Shown here: positions 1 through 9,249 of the stretch, in pieces
Position numbering within the stretch: position 1 is the first letter of the stretch
How the letters are laid out: every line of letters starts with the position of its first letter
Assembly (NCBI GenBank): GCA_965220965.1
Contig: OZ244852.1
Span: forward strand, 824,621 to 888,620
Direction: 5' to 3'
Origin: Candidatus Marinacidobacterium sp.
GTDB lineage: Bacteria; Acidobacteriota; Vicinamibacteria; Marinacidobacterales; Marinacidobacteraceae
DNA length: 64,000 nucleotides
Notes under the pieces: generated by a model
Database searches by the model: none
Seen by the model: only the letters and a program-made list of their open reading frames with translations
What the model was told of the DNA's origin: nothing
Position numbers and translations under genes: made by a program

Positions 1-1
1 G

Positions 2-2404
2 CGCGACTTCGTGTCGGGCGATCCGGGCGTGGACCCGAACCGGCCCCTGCGCCTTCGCCTCGGGGAGGCGGTCCCGACGCTCTCTCCCGTCGAATGGACC
101 TTCGATTACACCCAGCCCTACAACGCCGGACTCAAGGCCAAGGCGGCCCTCCACGCATTGAACCTCGGCGACCCATCCGCCGCGCTCGGGGACATCCACG
201 TTGTGGGCATCGACATGGAGTCCGAGGACTCGCGGGCCGTGACGAACCATCTCGCCTGGATGGCGTCGGACCTCCAGCGCCCGGCGCTTCACGCGGCGGA
301 CCGCGCCGGTTTGCGGGCCGCGGTGGCCGCCGTCCTCGGCGAGGTCACGTTGCCCCGGGGATGGGTGAAGCTGGCCGAACCGCGACTCGCGACGGTGAAG
401 GAGCTGGTGGCGCTCACGCCGGGCCCTGGCTCCGGAGAGACCCCGGTGGCGGAGGGCTCGAACGGTCTGGTCGCCGATCCTGCGGATCCGGAGAGCCTCG
501 CCGAGACGCTCGCGCTGCGGGCGGCGCACCGCGACAACGTGTTCCTGAGCGCGAGCGCGGACCTGGGCGCGCTGGAGGGCCGACTCGCCGCCCTGCCTGT
601 CCCGGAGCGGGGCGGGGTGGTGGATGGCGCGGCGCTCTGGGATGCGGGCGCGCTCCTCGAGGCGCGGGATCCGGACGATCGGCAGATCTGGTTCCACCGG
701 CCGGGGGAAACGCTCCTCCGCCCGTTCACCGTGGACCGGGTCACGCCGACTGACCTCGGCGTGGACATCGGTTATCTCTCCGAACTGGACGGCGTCGGCG
801 CCCGTTCCGCCGCCGACGCCGCCGAGATCGTGGTCCGGCTGATTCGGGGTGAAGAGCTGGCGCTCCACCCCGACTCCGGGTCGATCTATCGCCCCGACGG
901 CGCCCTCCACTTCGTGGGCGGCGCCGGGACCCCCAAGCTCCGGGAGAGCCTGGCCTCGCCGGCCGTGGTGACGTCGCCGCCGAACCGTCCGGAGCGGGGG
1001 GCCGCCTACCAGCGGTTCTTCAGCGACCGGGTGAACCGGCGGACGATGGTCTACCTGCCCACCAGCGGCGGGATGCTCCACGCGTTCTCCGCCGGGACCG
1101 GCGACGAGGTCTTCGCCTTCGTTCCCGCCGATGTCCTGGGGCCGGCGACGGGGGAAGGGGCGCCGGGCGGGCCGTTCCTGCGGGACCTGGCGGTCGTCGG
1201 CGTTCGGGGCGCGCCGGCGCTGCGCCGCGGTCTGGTGAGCCGCTACTCGCTCGCCGGTTCGCCGGTCGCTCGCGACATCCGGGTTCCTGGCGCCGAGCCG
1301 TGGCGCACCGTCCTCGCGTTCGGTCGCTCCCTCGGGGGCCGCGTCGTGACGACGCTCGATGTCACGGCGGTCGGAGGGACGTGGAGCGGAACGCCCGAGC
1401 CGCCGTCGAGGTGGCCGGTCGAGGCGCGCCGGCCCCGCCTGCTCTGGAACCGCGGCGGCTCCGGAGCTCCGGACAGCGGCCTCCCCGGTCTGGGAGAGAC
1501 GCCGGAGCCGGTGTTCGCCGAAGTCCCGGCGCGGGATGGCGGCGAATGGGTCGTGTTCCAGAGCGGTGGAAGCGGGGTGAGCGATGTGGCTCTGTTCGTT
1601 CTGGCCGCGGAGGATGGGCGGCTGCGCCAGCGGTTGCCGCTGGCGTCGGCGCCGGGCGCCCCGATCTCGCCGAACGAAGCCCCGACCGCCGCGGTCGTCT
1701 GGCGGCCCGGTTGGGCGACCCCCGGCGCCTCGAACCTTGTCAGCGCGGCGTACGTCGCCGACCTCCACGGACAGATCCACCGGCTGGACACCGCCGCGTC
1801 GGGCGGATGGGCGCTCCGCGTGGCGCATCGACTGGGCGCGGACCACCCCGTCCAGACCCGGCCGGTCGCGTTTCCGTTTCCGGGGCGCGTCGAGCCGCAT
1901 CTCCTCGTCGTGACGGGGGGGGACCGGCGGCTCCGGAACGGCCCCTCGGACCTCGTCCTCCTCCGGGATCTGGGGACGCACTTCGACGAGGTCTGGCGAC
2001 GGGCGCTCCCCGAAGGCGAGGCGCCCCAGGGGCGTCCGGTGGTCCAGGTCAGCTCTTCCGGGGTCGCGGTCGTGCTCCCGACGATTGCGGCGCAGCCTCC
2101 CGACGACCTTGGCTGCAGCGCGACGCGCACGAACGAGGGGGTCTCGCGGCTGCGGGCGTTCAACGGAATGACCGGCGCCCCGCTGAACGGCCTGCTCGGG
2201 CAGGGGCTGTCCGTCCTGGGATTCGGGGCCGGGCGTCTCCGCGGCGTGTCCATGTCCGGCTCCGGGAACATGGCCTACAGCGTGACGCAGGCGGGGGGCG
2301 ACCTGATCGACACGGTGATCGGGGACTTCCGTTTCCGGGTGCGGGACAGCGCCCTCGAGCCGGTCACCCTCTTCGTCGAGAGCTTCCGGCGCTCGCCCTT
2401 CTGA
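2..2404 (+). CDS. PilY1-like type IV pilus tip-associated protein (beta-propeller); 5' end probably outside the window
   Basis: The frame is open from nt 2 with no stop before the GTG at 11. Motif MVYLPTSGGMLHAFSAGTGDEVFAFVPADVLG matches the conserved PilY1/PilC propeller signature (G-MLHAF-x-TG-E-x-AF-P). A prepilin-type gene follows directly. Confidence 0.55.
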   Translation, partial: RDFVSGDPGVDPNRPLRLRLGEAVPTLSPVEWTFDYTQPYNAGLKAKAALHALNLGDPSAALGDIHVVGIDMESEDSRAVTNHLAWMASDLQRPALHAADRAGLRAAVAAVLGEVTLPRGWVKLAEPRLATVKELVALTPGPGSGETPVAEGSNGLVADPADPESLAETLALRAAHRDNVFLSASADLGALEGRLAALPVPERGGVVDGAALWDAGALLEARDPDDRQIWFHRPGETLLRPFTVDRVTPTDLGVDIGYLSELDGVGARSAADAAEIVVRLIRGEELALHPDSGSIYRPDGALHFVGGAGTPKLRESLASPAVVTSPPNRPERGAAYQRFFSDRVNRRTMVYLPTSGGMLHAFSAGTGDEVFAFVPADVLGPATGEGAPGGPFLRDLAVVGVRGAPALRRGLVSRYSLAGSPVARDIRVPGAEPWRTVLAFGRSLGGRVVTTLDVTAVGGTWSGTPEPPSRWPVEARRPRLLWNRGGSGAPDSGLPGLGETPEPVFAEVPARDGGEWVVFQSGGSGVSDVALFVLAAEDGRLRQRLPLASAPGAPISPNEAPTAAVVWRPGWATPGASNLVSAAYVADLHGQIHRLDTAASGGWALRVAHRLGADHPVQTRPVAFPFPGRVEPHLLVVTGGDRRLRNGPSDLVLLRDLGTHFDEVWRRALPEGEAPQGRPVVQVSSSGVAVVLPTIAAQPPDDLGCSATRTNEGVSRLRAFNGMTGAPLNGLLGQGLSVLGFGAGRLRGVSMSGSGNMAYSVTQAGGDLIDTVIGDFRFRVRDSALEPVTLFVESFRRSPF

Positions 2405-2406
2405 CC

Positions 2407-3759
2407 GTGCCTCCGCTCCCGTTGCCGCGCCGGCGCCCGAGCACCGCGGCAGGATTCACGCTCACCGAAGCGCTGGTGGCGCTTTCGCTCTCGCTCACCC
2501 TGAGCGCCGCCTTCCTCATGCTCTTCCGGCAGGGCGGCCGGACGCTGCGGCTGGAGCCCGAGCTCGCGGTCTTGCGCCATGACGCCGGGCAGGCGCTGGA
2601 TCGGATCGCCGCCGATCTGGCCCGCGCTGGCTCCGGGATTCCTCCCGAGATCCCGGTCTTCAACGACCTGGGGCCGGCCGGGAACGGCGACGTCGACGGG
2701 CTGGATTTCCTCACTGCGCCGGCCCGCATGGCGGGCATCGGCTTCGAGCCGGTCGTCGCGTTCGACGGGACGGAGGCGACCCTGGCGCTTCCCGCATCGC
2801 GGCTGGACCCGGAGTCGCGCCCGTGGGCGGTCGTCTTCAACGACGACAAGTTCATGCCGCGCTGGGTCTTCGGGCAGGTGCTCGCCGTTGGGGGAGGAGG
2901 CGGAGGACTTCTGTCCGGCGCCGTCGCGAGCGCCCGCGACGCACTGGGGGAGGAGTCGGCCCCGGCCGGGGCGACGGTCCGCATCCGTCCGATGGAGACC
3001 GGCTGGCATCGCCGGTTTCACGCCGGGGACGGGGCGAGCTTCTCTCCGGGGCAGGGGGGTCTCGTGGGGAAATCGCTCCAGGCGCTTCTCGGCGGGTTCG
3101 TCGAGTCGGTCTTCCCCGCCGCCGCAAATCCCGCGGTCGCCGCGTTGACCTCGAAGCTCGTCGAGGCGGTGGTCAGCGGCGTCCGGGCCCGACGGGGACG
3201 GGCGGGGACCGGGGTGCGGGCCGCCTCCGCAGACGAGGAGGAAGAGGACGAAGAGGGTTACGGGATGTTCGGGCTCGGGCAGCCCGGGCTGACCCCCGTC
3301 TCCCGCATCCGCTACGAGCTCCGCGCCCCGAATGGCGACGGCGACCGGGTGCTCATGCGACAGGTGGACGCCGAGCCGCCGCAGCCGGTCGCCTTTCTCG
3401 AGGACTTCCAGGTGCGCTACTTCACCGGGGACGACGCGGGGATCGCGCGCGACGATCCTCCGGGTTTCGTCGGGGACATGCGGCGCGCCTCAACGCTCAG
3501 CGCGCACCTCGTGCGCGCGGTGGAAGTCACCGTCCGGGTCCGCTCCACCGCGGGGCGCTTCGCCGCGCTGCCGGGCGAAGGCGGCGGGGACGGCGCCCTG
3601 AGCCGGACCTACACCCGCCGGGTGGGGATCCGGGCGACCGCGGCGGGGGTCGACCGCCGGTTCTGGGAGGAGGCGATGCAGCAGAAGGCGGTGCTGGCCG
3701 ATGTGCCGCGAATTGGCCCGCTGCGATTCCTCAGCGTGATCCTGGACGCGCTGGAGTGA
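2407..3759 (+). CDS. Prepilin-type N-terminal cleavage/methylation domain protein (large minor pilin, PilW/PilX-like)
   Basis: GTG at 2407 lies 3 nt after the PilY1-like stop. The N-terminus ...AAGFTLTEALVALSLSLTLSAAFLMLF is the classic G/FTLxE prepilin motif plus a hydrophobic helix. The 819-aa ORF-track entry (1300..3759) is an out-of-frame upstream extension. Confidence 0.7.
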   Translation: MPPLPLPRRRPSTAAGFTLTEALVALSLSLTLSAAFLMLFRQGGRTLRLEPELAVLRHDAGQALDRIAADLARAGSGIPPEIPVFNDLGPAGNGDVDGLDFLTAPARMAGIGFEPVVAFDGTEATLALPASRLDPESRPWAVVFNDDKFMPRWVFGQVLAVGGGGGGLLSGAVASARDALGEESAPAGATVRIRPMETGWHRRFHAGDGASFSPGQGGLVGKSLQALLGGFVESVFPAAANPAVAALTSKLVEAVVSGVRARRGRAGTGVRAASADEEEEDEEGYGMFGLGQPGLTPVSRIRYELRAPNGDGDRVLMRQVDAEPPQPVAFLEDFQVRYFTGDDAGIARDDPPGFVGDMRRASTLSAHLVRAVEVTVRVRSTAGRFAALPGEGGGDGALSRTYTRRVGIRATAAGVDRRFWEEAMQQKAVLADVPRIGPLRFLSVILDALE

Positions 3760-3764
3760 CCGCG

Positions 3765-3786
3765 CCGCCGGCAGTCCACCCGGCGG
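3765..3786. terminator. GC-only hairpin between convergent genes (bidirectional terminator candidate)
   Basis: CCGCCGG (3765-3771) / CCGGCGG (3780-3786), 7-bp perfect stem, 8-nt loop, in the 30-nt gap between the pilin-like stop and the ubiE stop. Confidence 0.4.
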
Positions 3787-3789
3787 GAC

Positions 3790-4587
3790 TCAGCGCGCGG
3801 CCAGGCGCGCGGTGTGGACCGCGACCGCGCCGAACGACAGGAGACGCCAGGAGACCTGCGGAAAGCCGCTCGCTTCGAGGCGGCGGGCCAGTGTCCCGGG
3901 CTCCGGGAACTCGAGGACGGAGTCCCGGAGGTAGTCGTAGGCGTCGGGTCCGGGGGAGCCCAGTCGGGCCAGCACGGGCACGGCGAGCCGCATCCAGAGG
4001 CGGTGTCCCAGGCGCGCGAGGAACCCCTCGGGCTGCGAGAACTCGAGGATCACGAGCCGCCCCTCCGGCGCCAGCACCCGGCGCATTTCGGAGAAGGCGG
4101 CCGCGTGGTCCGGGAGGTTCCTGACGCCGAACCCCACGATCAGGCGGTCGAAGGCGCCCGTCCGGAACGGCAGCCGTAGCGCGTCTCCGGCGACGACCGG
4201 AAGCCGGATCCCGGCCGCATCCGCCTTCCGCGCGGCCAGCCCGAGCATGGCGGGCGTGAAGTCGCACCCGACGCGAGTGGACCCGGGCGGCATCCCGAGG
4301 GCGAGGTCGCCGGTGCCGCAGCAGAGGTCGAGGGTTCGCGCGCCGGGGGTCGGGGCGAGGTCGCGAAGCGCCGTCCGGCGCCAGCGCTGGTCCATTCCCA
4401 GGCTCAGCACCCGGTTCATCCGGTCGTAGCCGGGCGCCACCGACTCGAACATGCGCCGGATGGCGCCGGGGGTCTGTCTCCGCTCCTCGGGCGCCGGGCG
4501 TCCGCTCTCGGGAACCATCGCCGGAAGTCTCGCATTCCGGACATCGGAGCGGGCGACGGGAAATGCGACCGGCCGTAGCCGTGTCAC
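3790..4587 (-). CDS. ubiE: Demethylmenaquinone/ubiquinone C-methyltransferase (UbiE/MenG family)
   Basis: MFESVAPGYDRMNRVLSLGMDQRWRR and the SAM motif LDLCCGTGD, then VGFGVRNLPD, are typical UbiE signatures. An alternative start is the ATG at 4518 (MVPESG...). Confidence 0.85.
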   Translation of the reverse strand: MTRLRPVAFPVARSDVRNARLPAMVPESGRPAPEERRQTPGAIRRMFESVAPGYDRMNRVLSLGMDQRWRRTALRDLAPTPGARTLDLCCGTGDLALGMPPGSTRVGCDFTPAMLGLAARKADAAGIRLPVVAGDALRLPFRTGAFDRLIVGFGVRNLPDHAAAFSEMRRVLAPEGRLVILEFSQPEGFLARLGHRLWMRLAVPVLARLGSPGPDAYDYLRDSVLEFPEPGTLARRLEASGFPQVSWRLLSFGAVAVHTARLAAR

Positions 4588-4654
4588 CGCGCCGTTTCGT
4601 CCGTCGCTCCATAGAATCTACGGCGTCTTGACTCCCCTCGCCCCCTGGCCGCTC

Positions 4655-5080
4655 ATGATCGGTCCCCTCGGCATGCAGGAGCTGCTCATCATCATGGGCG
4701 TCGCCCTGATCGTCTTCGGGCCGCGGAAGCTGCCCCAGATCGGGAAGACCCTCGGGAACACGGTGCGCGAGTTCCGAAGCCAGAGCCAGCAGTTGCGGAA
4801 CACCCTCGAGCGCGAAGTCCAGATGGAGGACTTCCGCAAGGCCAGGGAAGAGGTCACCGGTCTGGGGCGCGACGTGGCGAAGGGTCTCGACCCCAACGCC
4901 GAGACGCCCAGCGGCCCGGGTTCCGCCTCCGGCGGAGCGCCTCCGAAAACGGAGCGCGCGGAAGCGTCCGCCGCGAAGGAGGGGCCGGCGAACGGCTCGG
5001 GCGCGGCCGAGTCCGCGACCGCCTCCGACGCGGAGGAAGCGCCATCGTCATCCGGCGAGCCGAAGAGCCAGAACTCGTGA
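4655..5080 (+). CDS. tatA: Twin-arginine translocase subunit TatA/TatB family
   Basis: From the ATG at 4655: MIGPLGMQELLIIMGVALIVFGPRKLPQIGKTLGNTVREFR (TM helix, FGP hinge, amphipathic helix). It lies immediately upstream of tatC. The long acidic/Ala-rich tail leaves the TatA versus TatB choice open. Confidence 0.85.
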   Translation: MIGPLGMQELLIIMGVALIVFGPRKLPQIGKTLGNTVREFRSQSQQLRNTLEREVQMEDFRKAREEVTGLGRDVAKGLDPNAETPSGPGSASGGAPPKTERAEASAAKEGPANGSGAAESATASDAEEAPSSSGEPKSQNS

Positions 5081-5111
5081 CCCCCCGAGGGAACGCTGGC
5101 CGCGTCGCGCC

Positions 5112-5909
5112 GTGAACGAACCCGGCGGCCCGGCCGCTTCTCCGAAGGAAGAGCGCGGCGAAGACCGCATGACCTTCCTGGAGCATCTGGACGAGCTCCG
5201 GAAGCGGCTCATTCGGGCGGCGCTCGCCATCCTCGTCGCGTTCGTGGCGTGCTTCTTCTTCTACGAGCAGATCTTCAACTTCCTGATGCAGCCGCTGCGG
5301 GAGGTCATCGAGCCGTACGGGGGAGAGCTGATCGCCACGACGCCGCCGGAGATCTTCATCCTCGGCCTCAAGATGAGCTTCCTGGTCGCGGTCATCGGGT
5401 CGACCCCGGCCTGGCTGGGCCAGGTCTGGGGCTTCGTCGCCCCCGGCCTCTACCGGCACGAGAAGCGCCTCGCGCTTCCGTTCGTGGTGATCGGCTCGGC
5501 GTTCTTCATCTCCGGGGCCGTCTTCTGCCACTACGTCCTGTTTCCGGCGGCGGTCTCGTTCCTCGGGACGTTCGGCGGGGGAGGCGAGGAGATCCAGATC
5601 CGCTACCGGGTCTCCGAGGTCTTCAGCTTCTATGCGCGCCTGGTGCTCGGGACGGCGGTCGTGTTCCAGATTCCGTCGCTGGCGCTGCTGCTCTCGCGAC
5701 TCGGGATCGTCACCCCCCGCTTCCTGCTGCGCTACTTCAAATACGCCGTCCTGGTGATCTTCGTGCTTGCGGCGCTGGTGACCCCGCCGGACCCGACGAC
5801 CCAGATCATCCTCGCGGGGCCGATGATCGTGCTCTACATGCTCTCGATCGGGATCGCCTGGATCGGGAACCGGATGCGCGCGAAGCCCACCGACGAAGAC
5901 CAGAGCTGA
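5112..5909 (+). CDS. tatC: Twin-arginine translocase subunit TatC
   Basis: MTFLEHLDELRKRLIRAALAILVAFVACFFF... and a multi-TM profile match TatC. The start is either the GTG at 5112 or the ATG at 5169 (MTFLEHL). Confidence 0.9.
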   Translation: MNEPGGPAASPKEERGEDRMTFLEHLDELRKRLIRAALAILVAFVACFFFYEQIFNFLMQPLREVIEPYGGELIATTPPEIFILGLKMSFLVAVIGSTPAWLGQVWGFVAPGLYRHEKRLALPFVVIGSAFFISGAVFCHYVLFPAAVSFLGTFGGGGEEIQIRYRVSEVFSFYARLVLGTAVVFQIPSLALLLSRLGIVTPRFLLRYFKYAVLVIFVLAALVTPPDPTTQIILAGPMIVLYMLSIGIAWIGNRMRAKPTDEDQS

Positions 5910-5960
5910 TGGCGCGTCCCCCTCTCCCGCAGTTGATCCGTTCGAATCGAAACCTGGCCT

Positions 5961-6135
5961 AGCAAGTTCCGATTCACGGCCCGCCGGGCCGTGCGGTGGG
6001 AGGGACGGCGTGGCTTGAAGGGGAAGGGAGGTTCGGCGACGGCGCCCCCTCCCGCAATTGGCGCCGTTCATTCGGAACTTGGCGAAGCAAGTTCCGATTG
6101 CTGGCCCGCAGGGCGCCATTCACCGCGGACTTGCT
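5961..6135. repeat. Intergenic array of the motif AGCAAGTTCCGATT (two ~30-nt direct copies plus inverted half-sites) upstream of the S41 protease gene
   Basis: 5961-5990 and 6086-6115 share 25/30 nt (first 14 identical). TCGGAACTTG (6072-6081) is the reverse complement of CAAGTTCCGA (6088-6097), giving a 10-bp stem with a 6-nt loop. A degenerate inverted copy, GGACTTGCT, lies at 6127-6135. Confidence 0.6.
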
Positions 6136-6146
6136 ACGATCTTCCC

Positions 6147-7820
6147 ATGTTGAGGTTGCGGCGCAGGGTTTTGCCGCTGGCGCTCCCGCTGGTCGTGGGA
6201 GTCGCCATCGGCGCAACGGTTCTGGGACCGCGGCCGGCGCCCGGGGTGGCGCCGGATGACGAGTTCGCGCCGCTGATCCAGCAGCACGCCAACGTGCTGC
6301 GCGCCATCGAGACGGCCTACGTCCGCGACGTTCCCTCGGAGACGCTCATCCGGGCCAGCGTCGGGGGCATGCTCCGGCGCCTCGACCCGCACTCGAACCT
6401 CTTCGTGCCCCGGAACTACCGGCAGATGCGCGAGCGCCAGCAGGGCGGCTACGTCGGGCTCGGTATCCGGGTCCAGGAGCGGAACGGCCTGCTCACGGTC
6501 GTCTCGCCCTTCGAGGGCACGCCGGCCTACCGGCTCGGCATCCGGGCGGCCGACGTGATCTCGAGGATCGAGGGGGTGGACGCGACCCAGTACACGATGG
6601 ACGAGGCGGTCAACCTGCTTCGGGGCCCGCGCGGGACGCCGGTCCGCATCACGATCACCCGGCCGGGCTACGACGCTCCGCTGGACTTCACCGTGATCCG
6701 CGACCGGATCCCGCTGAAGAGCGTGCCCTACTTCTTCGTCCTCGACGATCCCGGCGCCTCGGAGAAGACCGGCTACGTCCGGATCTCCGACTTCAACGAG
6801 AACACCGAAACCGAGCTGAACGAGGCGATCGTGGAGCTGCGCCTCGAGGGGGCCACCCGGCTGCTGGTGGATCTCCGCCACAACCCCGGCGGGCTCCTGA
6901 ACCAGGCGGTCGCCGTCTCGGGCGTGTTCCTCGAGAAGGGGGCCGAGGTTGTTTCGATTCGCGGCCGCCATTCGGAGAATGACCAGGTCTTCCAGGTCTC
7001 GGCGGCCAGCCCGCACGCCGACCTGCCGCTGATCGTGCTCGTGTCCCAGGAGAGCGCTTCGGCGTCCGAGATCGTGGCCGGCGCCGTTCAGGACCACGAC
7101 CGCGGGCTGATCCTCGGCGAGAACACCTACGGGAAGGGGCTCGTCCAGTCCGTCTTCCAGTTGCCGCACGGCTACGCGCTCGGCCTGACCTCGGCGGAGT
7201 ACTTCACCCCCAGCGGCCGCCGTCTGCAGCGGGACTACGACTCGGGCGACTTTCTGGCCTACTTCCAGGGCCGGGGAGAGCACGACTCGAACTCCGAAGC
7301 GGGGACGGTCGTTGTCACGGCGCTGGGGCGCGAGATTTCCGGGGGCGGCGGAGTCGCTCCCGACATCGAGGTCCCGTCGCCCGAGATTCCCGAGCCGCTC
7401 ATCGAGGTCGAACAGCACGGGGCGTTTTTCCGCTTCGCCACCCGCTTCGCACCGGCGGACGGGAGGGGTGCGGTCGATGGCGCCGGCGTCCGTCCGGACG
7501 AACTCCAGGCGCGCGGCGATCAGATCCGGTCGGTGGACCAGGATTTTCGCGCCGATGACGCGACGCTCGAGGAGTTCTTCCAGTTTCTCCTCGAGGAGGA
7601 GATCCCCCACGACCGCGCCGGTCTCGAGGACCACCGTGACCGCATCGCGCTCCGCATCGACTCCGAGGTACTGAGTCTCCTCTGGGGACCGGGTCCGGCG
7701 CGCAGCGCCACGCTCGACCGGGACCCCCAGATCCGGGCCGCGCTCGAGGCCATGCCGCGCGCCGCGCTCCTCCTGAACGACCCCGAGGCGTTCATGGCGG
7801 GGGCGTCCGATAACCCTTAG
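6147..7820 (+). CDS. Carboxy-terminal processing (tail-specific) peptidase, family S41, with PDZ domain
   Basis: Signal/TM N-terminus MLRLRRRVLPLALPLVVG. PDZ segment GLGIRVQERNGLLTVVSPFEGTPAYRLGIRAADVISRIEG. S41 motifs DLRHNPGGLL and SASASEIVAGAVQDHDRGLILGENTYGKG. Confidence 0.9.
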   Translation: MLRLRRRVLPLALPLVVGVAIGATVLGPRPAPGVAPDDEFAPLIQQHANVLRAIETAYVRDVPSETLIRASVGGMLRRLDPHSNLFVPRNYRQMRERQQGGYVGLGIRVQERNGLLTVVSPFEGTPAYRLGIRAADVISRIEGVDATQYTMDEAVNLLRGPRGTPVRITITRPGYDAPLDFTVIRDRIPLKSVPYFFVLDDPGASEKTGYVRISDFNENTETELNEAIVELRLEGATRLLVDLRHNPGGLLNQAVAVSGVFLEKGAEVVSIRGRHSENDQVFQVSAASPHADLPLIVLVSQESASASEIVAGAVQDHDRGLILGENTYGKGLVQSVFQLPHGYALGLTSAEYFTPSGRRLQRDYDSGDFLAYFQGRGEHDSNSEAGTVVVTALGREISGGGGVAPDIEVPSPEIPEPLIEVEQHGAFFRFATRFAPADGRGAVDGAGVRPDELQARGDQIRSVDQDFRADDATLEEFFQFLLEEEIPHDRAGLEDHRDRIALRIDSEVLSLLWGPGPARSATLDRDPQIRAALEAMPRAALLLNDPEAFMAGASDNP

Positions 7821-7830
7821 GAAACACGCG

Positions 7831-9138
7831 GTGCGCCCGGCGCGGCTCCTGGCGGCGGCGCTGGCCGCCCTTGCGCTCTCAGCCGGCCCAGCCGTGGCGT
7901 GGGCGGCCCAGTCGAGCGTCGAGGCGCTGTCCGCCCAGCTCGGCAGCAGCGACCCAAGGGTGCGCCGGGAGGCCGTCCGGGCGCTCGCGGACGATCGTTC
8001 GGAGGCCGCGGTGGCTTCGCTGGGGCAGGTCGCGTCGGACTCCGACCGGGAGGTGCGGCGGGTCGCCATCGACGCGCTGACCGCGCTCCGCCGCCCCGAC
8101 GCCGCGCCGGTCCTCGTCGGCTTTCTCGAGGACGAGGAGCGGGACCACCGCCGGAAAGTGGTGAGCGGCCTCGTCGCGATATACCGGGCCGAGGCGCCTC
8201 CCGGCTTTTCGACGCGGGCGGTGAACTGGCTCATGCGGCGCGAGGCCGAGTTCGTGCTCGACCCGCTGCGGCCGGTGGACCCGGCAATCGTGGAGGCGGT
8301 CGTCGGACGACTCGGCGACGAGGACGACGAGGTGCGTCGTCGCGCGGCCGTCGGGCTGGGCGCTCTCCGCCAGGAGTCCACCGCCGCGGCGCTGGCGCAC
8401 GCCGCCTCGAACGACCCGGAGGACCGCGTGGCCCGCGAGGCGGTCCGTTCGCTCGGAGAACTGGGGACCGACGCGGCCGGCGCCCTGCTGCTCGGCTTCG
8501 TGGAGGAGGACCGGGTGCGAGAGGAAGCGCTCGCTGCGCTCGGGCGGTTCGCCTATGCCCCCGCGATCCCGAGGCTCATCCAGATCTACGACCACGATCC
8601 GGGGAATTCCAACGGACGCGCGGCGCTCGCCGCGCTCGCCCGGGCCGGGGCGCCGTTGGCGCGCGGGACCTTCTACCACGAACTCCGGAACCGGGACGCG
8701 CGTCGGCGGGCTTCCGCCGCCGCCGGCCTGGGGCGGCTCGATGACGCCTCGCTGGCCGACGGTCTGATCCGGGACTTCCTCCGCGAGGATGACCGCCGCG
8801 TGCAGCTCGCGTTCTGCTTCGCGCTGGTCCGGCTCGGCGAGACTCCGTTCATCGACCGCCTCGTGCTGTCGCTGGCCGACTCCGACAGGGCCCCGGAGGC
8901 GCGCGACTACCTGCTCGAGCTGGGGCCCGGCGTCATCAACCAGCTCGCCGCTTACCTCGACGATCCCGATCCCGAGCTTCGCCTGGCGCTCATTGCGGTG
9001 CTGGAGCGCCTCGGAGATCCCGCGGCGGTCGCCGCGCTCTCCGGAGCGGCCGAGAGCGCGGATGACCGGACGGCGTCCCGCGCGCGCCTGGCGATCCGTC
9101 GTCTGCAGGCGTCCCCGACTCCTGACGTCGGCTCGTAG
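7831..9138 (+). CDS. Secreted HEAT-repeat (PBS-lyase HEAT-like) protein
   Basis: Signal peptide MRPARLLAAALAALALSAGPAVAWA, followed by many repeats of the D-x-x-VRR-x-A-x-x-AL-G type (DPRVRREAVRAL, DREVRRVAIDAL, DDEVRRRAAVGLGAL, DPELRLALIAVLERLGD). Confidence 0.7.
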   Translation: MRPARLLAAALAALALSAGPAVAWAAQSSVEALSAQLGSSDPRVRREAVRALADDRSEAAVASLGQVASDSDREVRRVAIDALTALRRPDAAPVLVGFLEDEERDHRRKVVSGLVAIYRAEAPPGFSTRAVNWLMRREAEFVLDPLRPVDPAIVEAVVGRLGDEDDEVRRRAAVGLGALRQESTAAALAHAASNDPEDRVAREAVRSLGELGTDAAGALLLGFVEEDRVREEALAALGRFAYAPAIPRLIQIYDHDPGNSNGRAALAALARAGAPLARGTFYHELRNRDARRRASAAAGLGRLDDASLADGLIRDFLREDDRRVQLAFCFALVRLGETPFIDRLVLSLADSDRAPEARDYLLELGPGVINQLAAYLDDPDPELRLALIAVLERLGDPAAVAALSGAAESADDRTASRARLAIRRLQASPTPDVGS

Positions 9139-9249
9139 AGAGGCTCCGCCGGGGTAGGGGACCCGCCTCGGCAACAGCTTCCCGGGACCGGAAGGGCGGC
9201 AGGGCGTCCGGTACTCTCCGCCGCCGACCCGGCCCCCGGCGGAGCAACG

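Noticed and set aside
5936-5955. GTTCGAATC string resembling a tRNA T-loop
   Set aside because: The flanking bases cannot form a T-stem (ATCCG versus CGAAA). No acceptor or anticodon arms can be drawn. I found no tRNA anywhere in the window.
9139-9249. Possible purine riboswitch upstream of the NCS2 purine permease
   Set aside because: The 111-nt leader lacks the conserved purine-riboswitch loop and junction sequences (no UAUA...GGAUAUGG...CUACC-like core). It is simply GC-rich.
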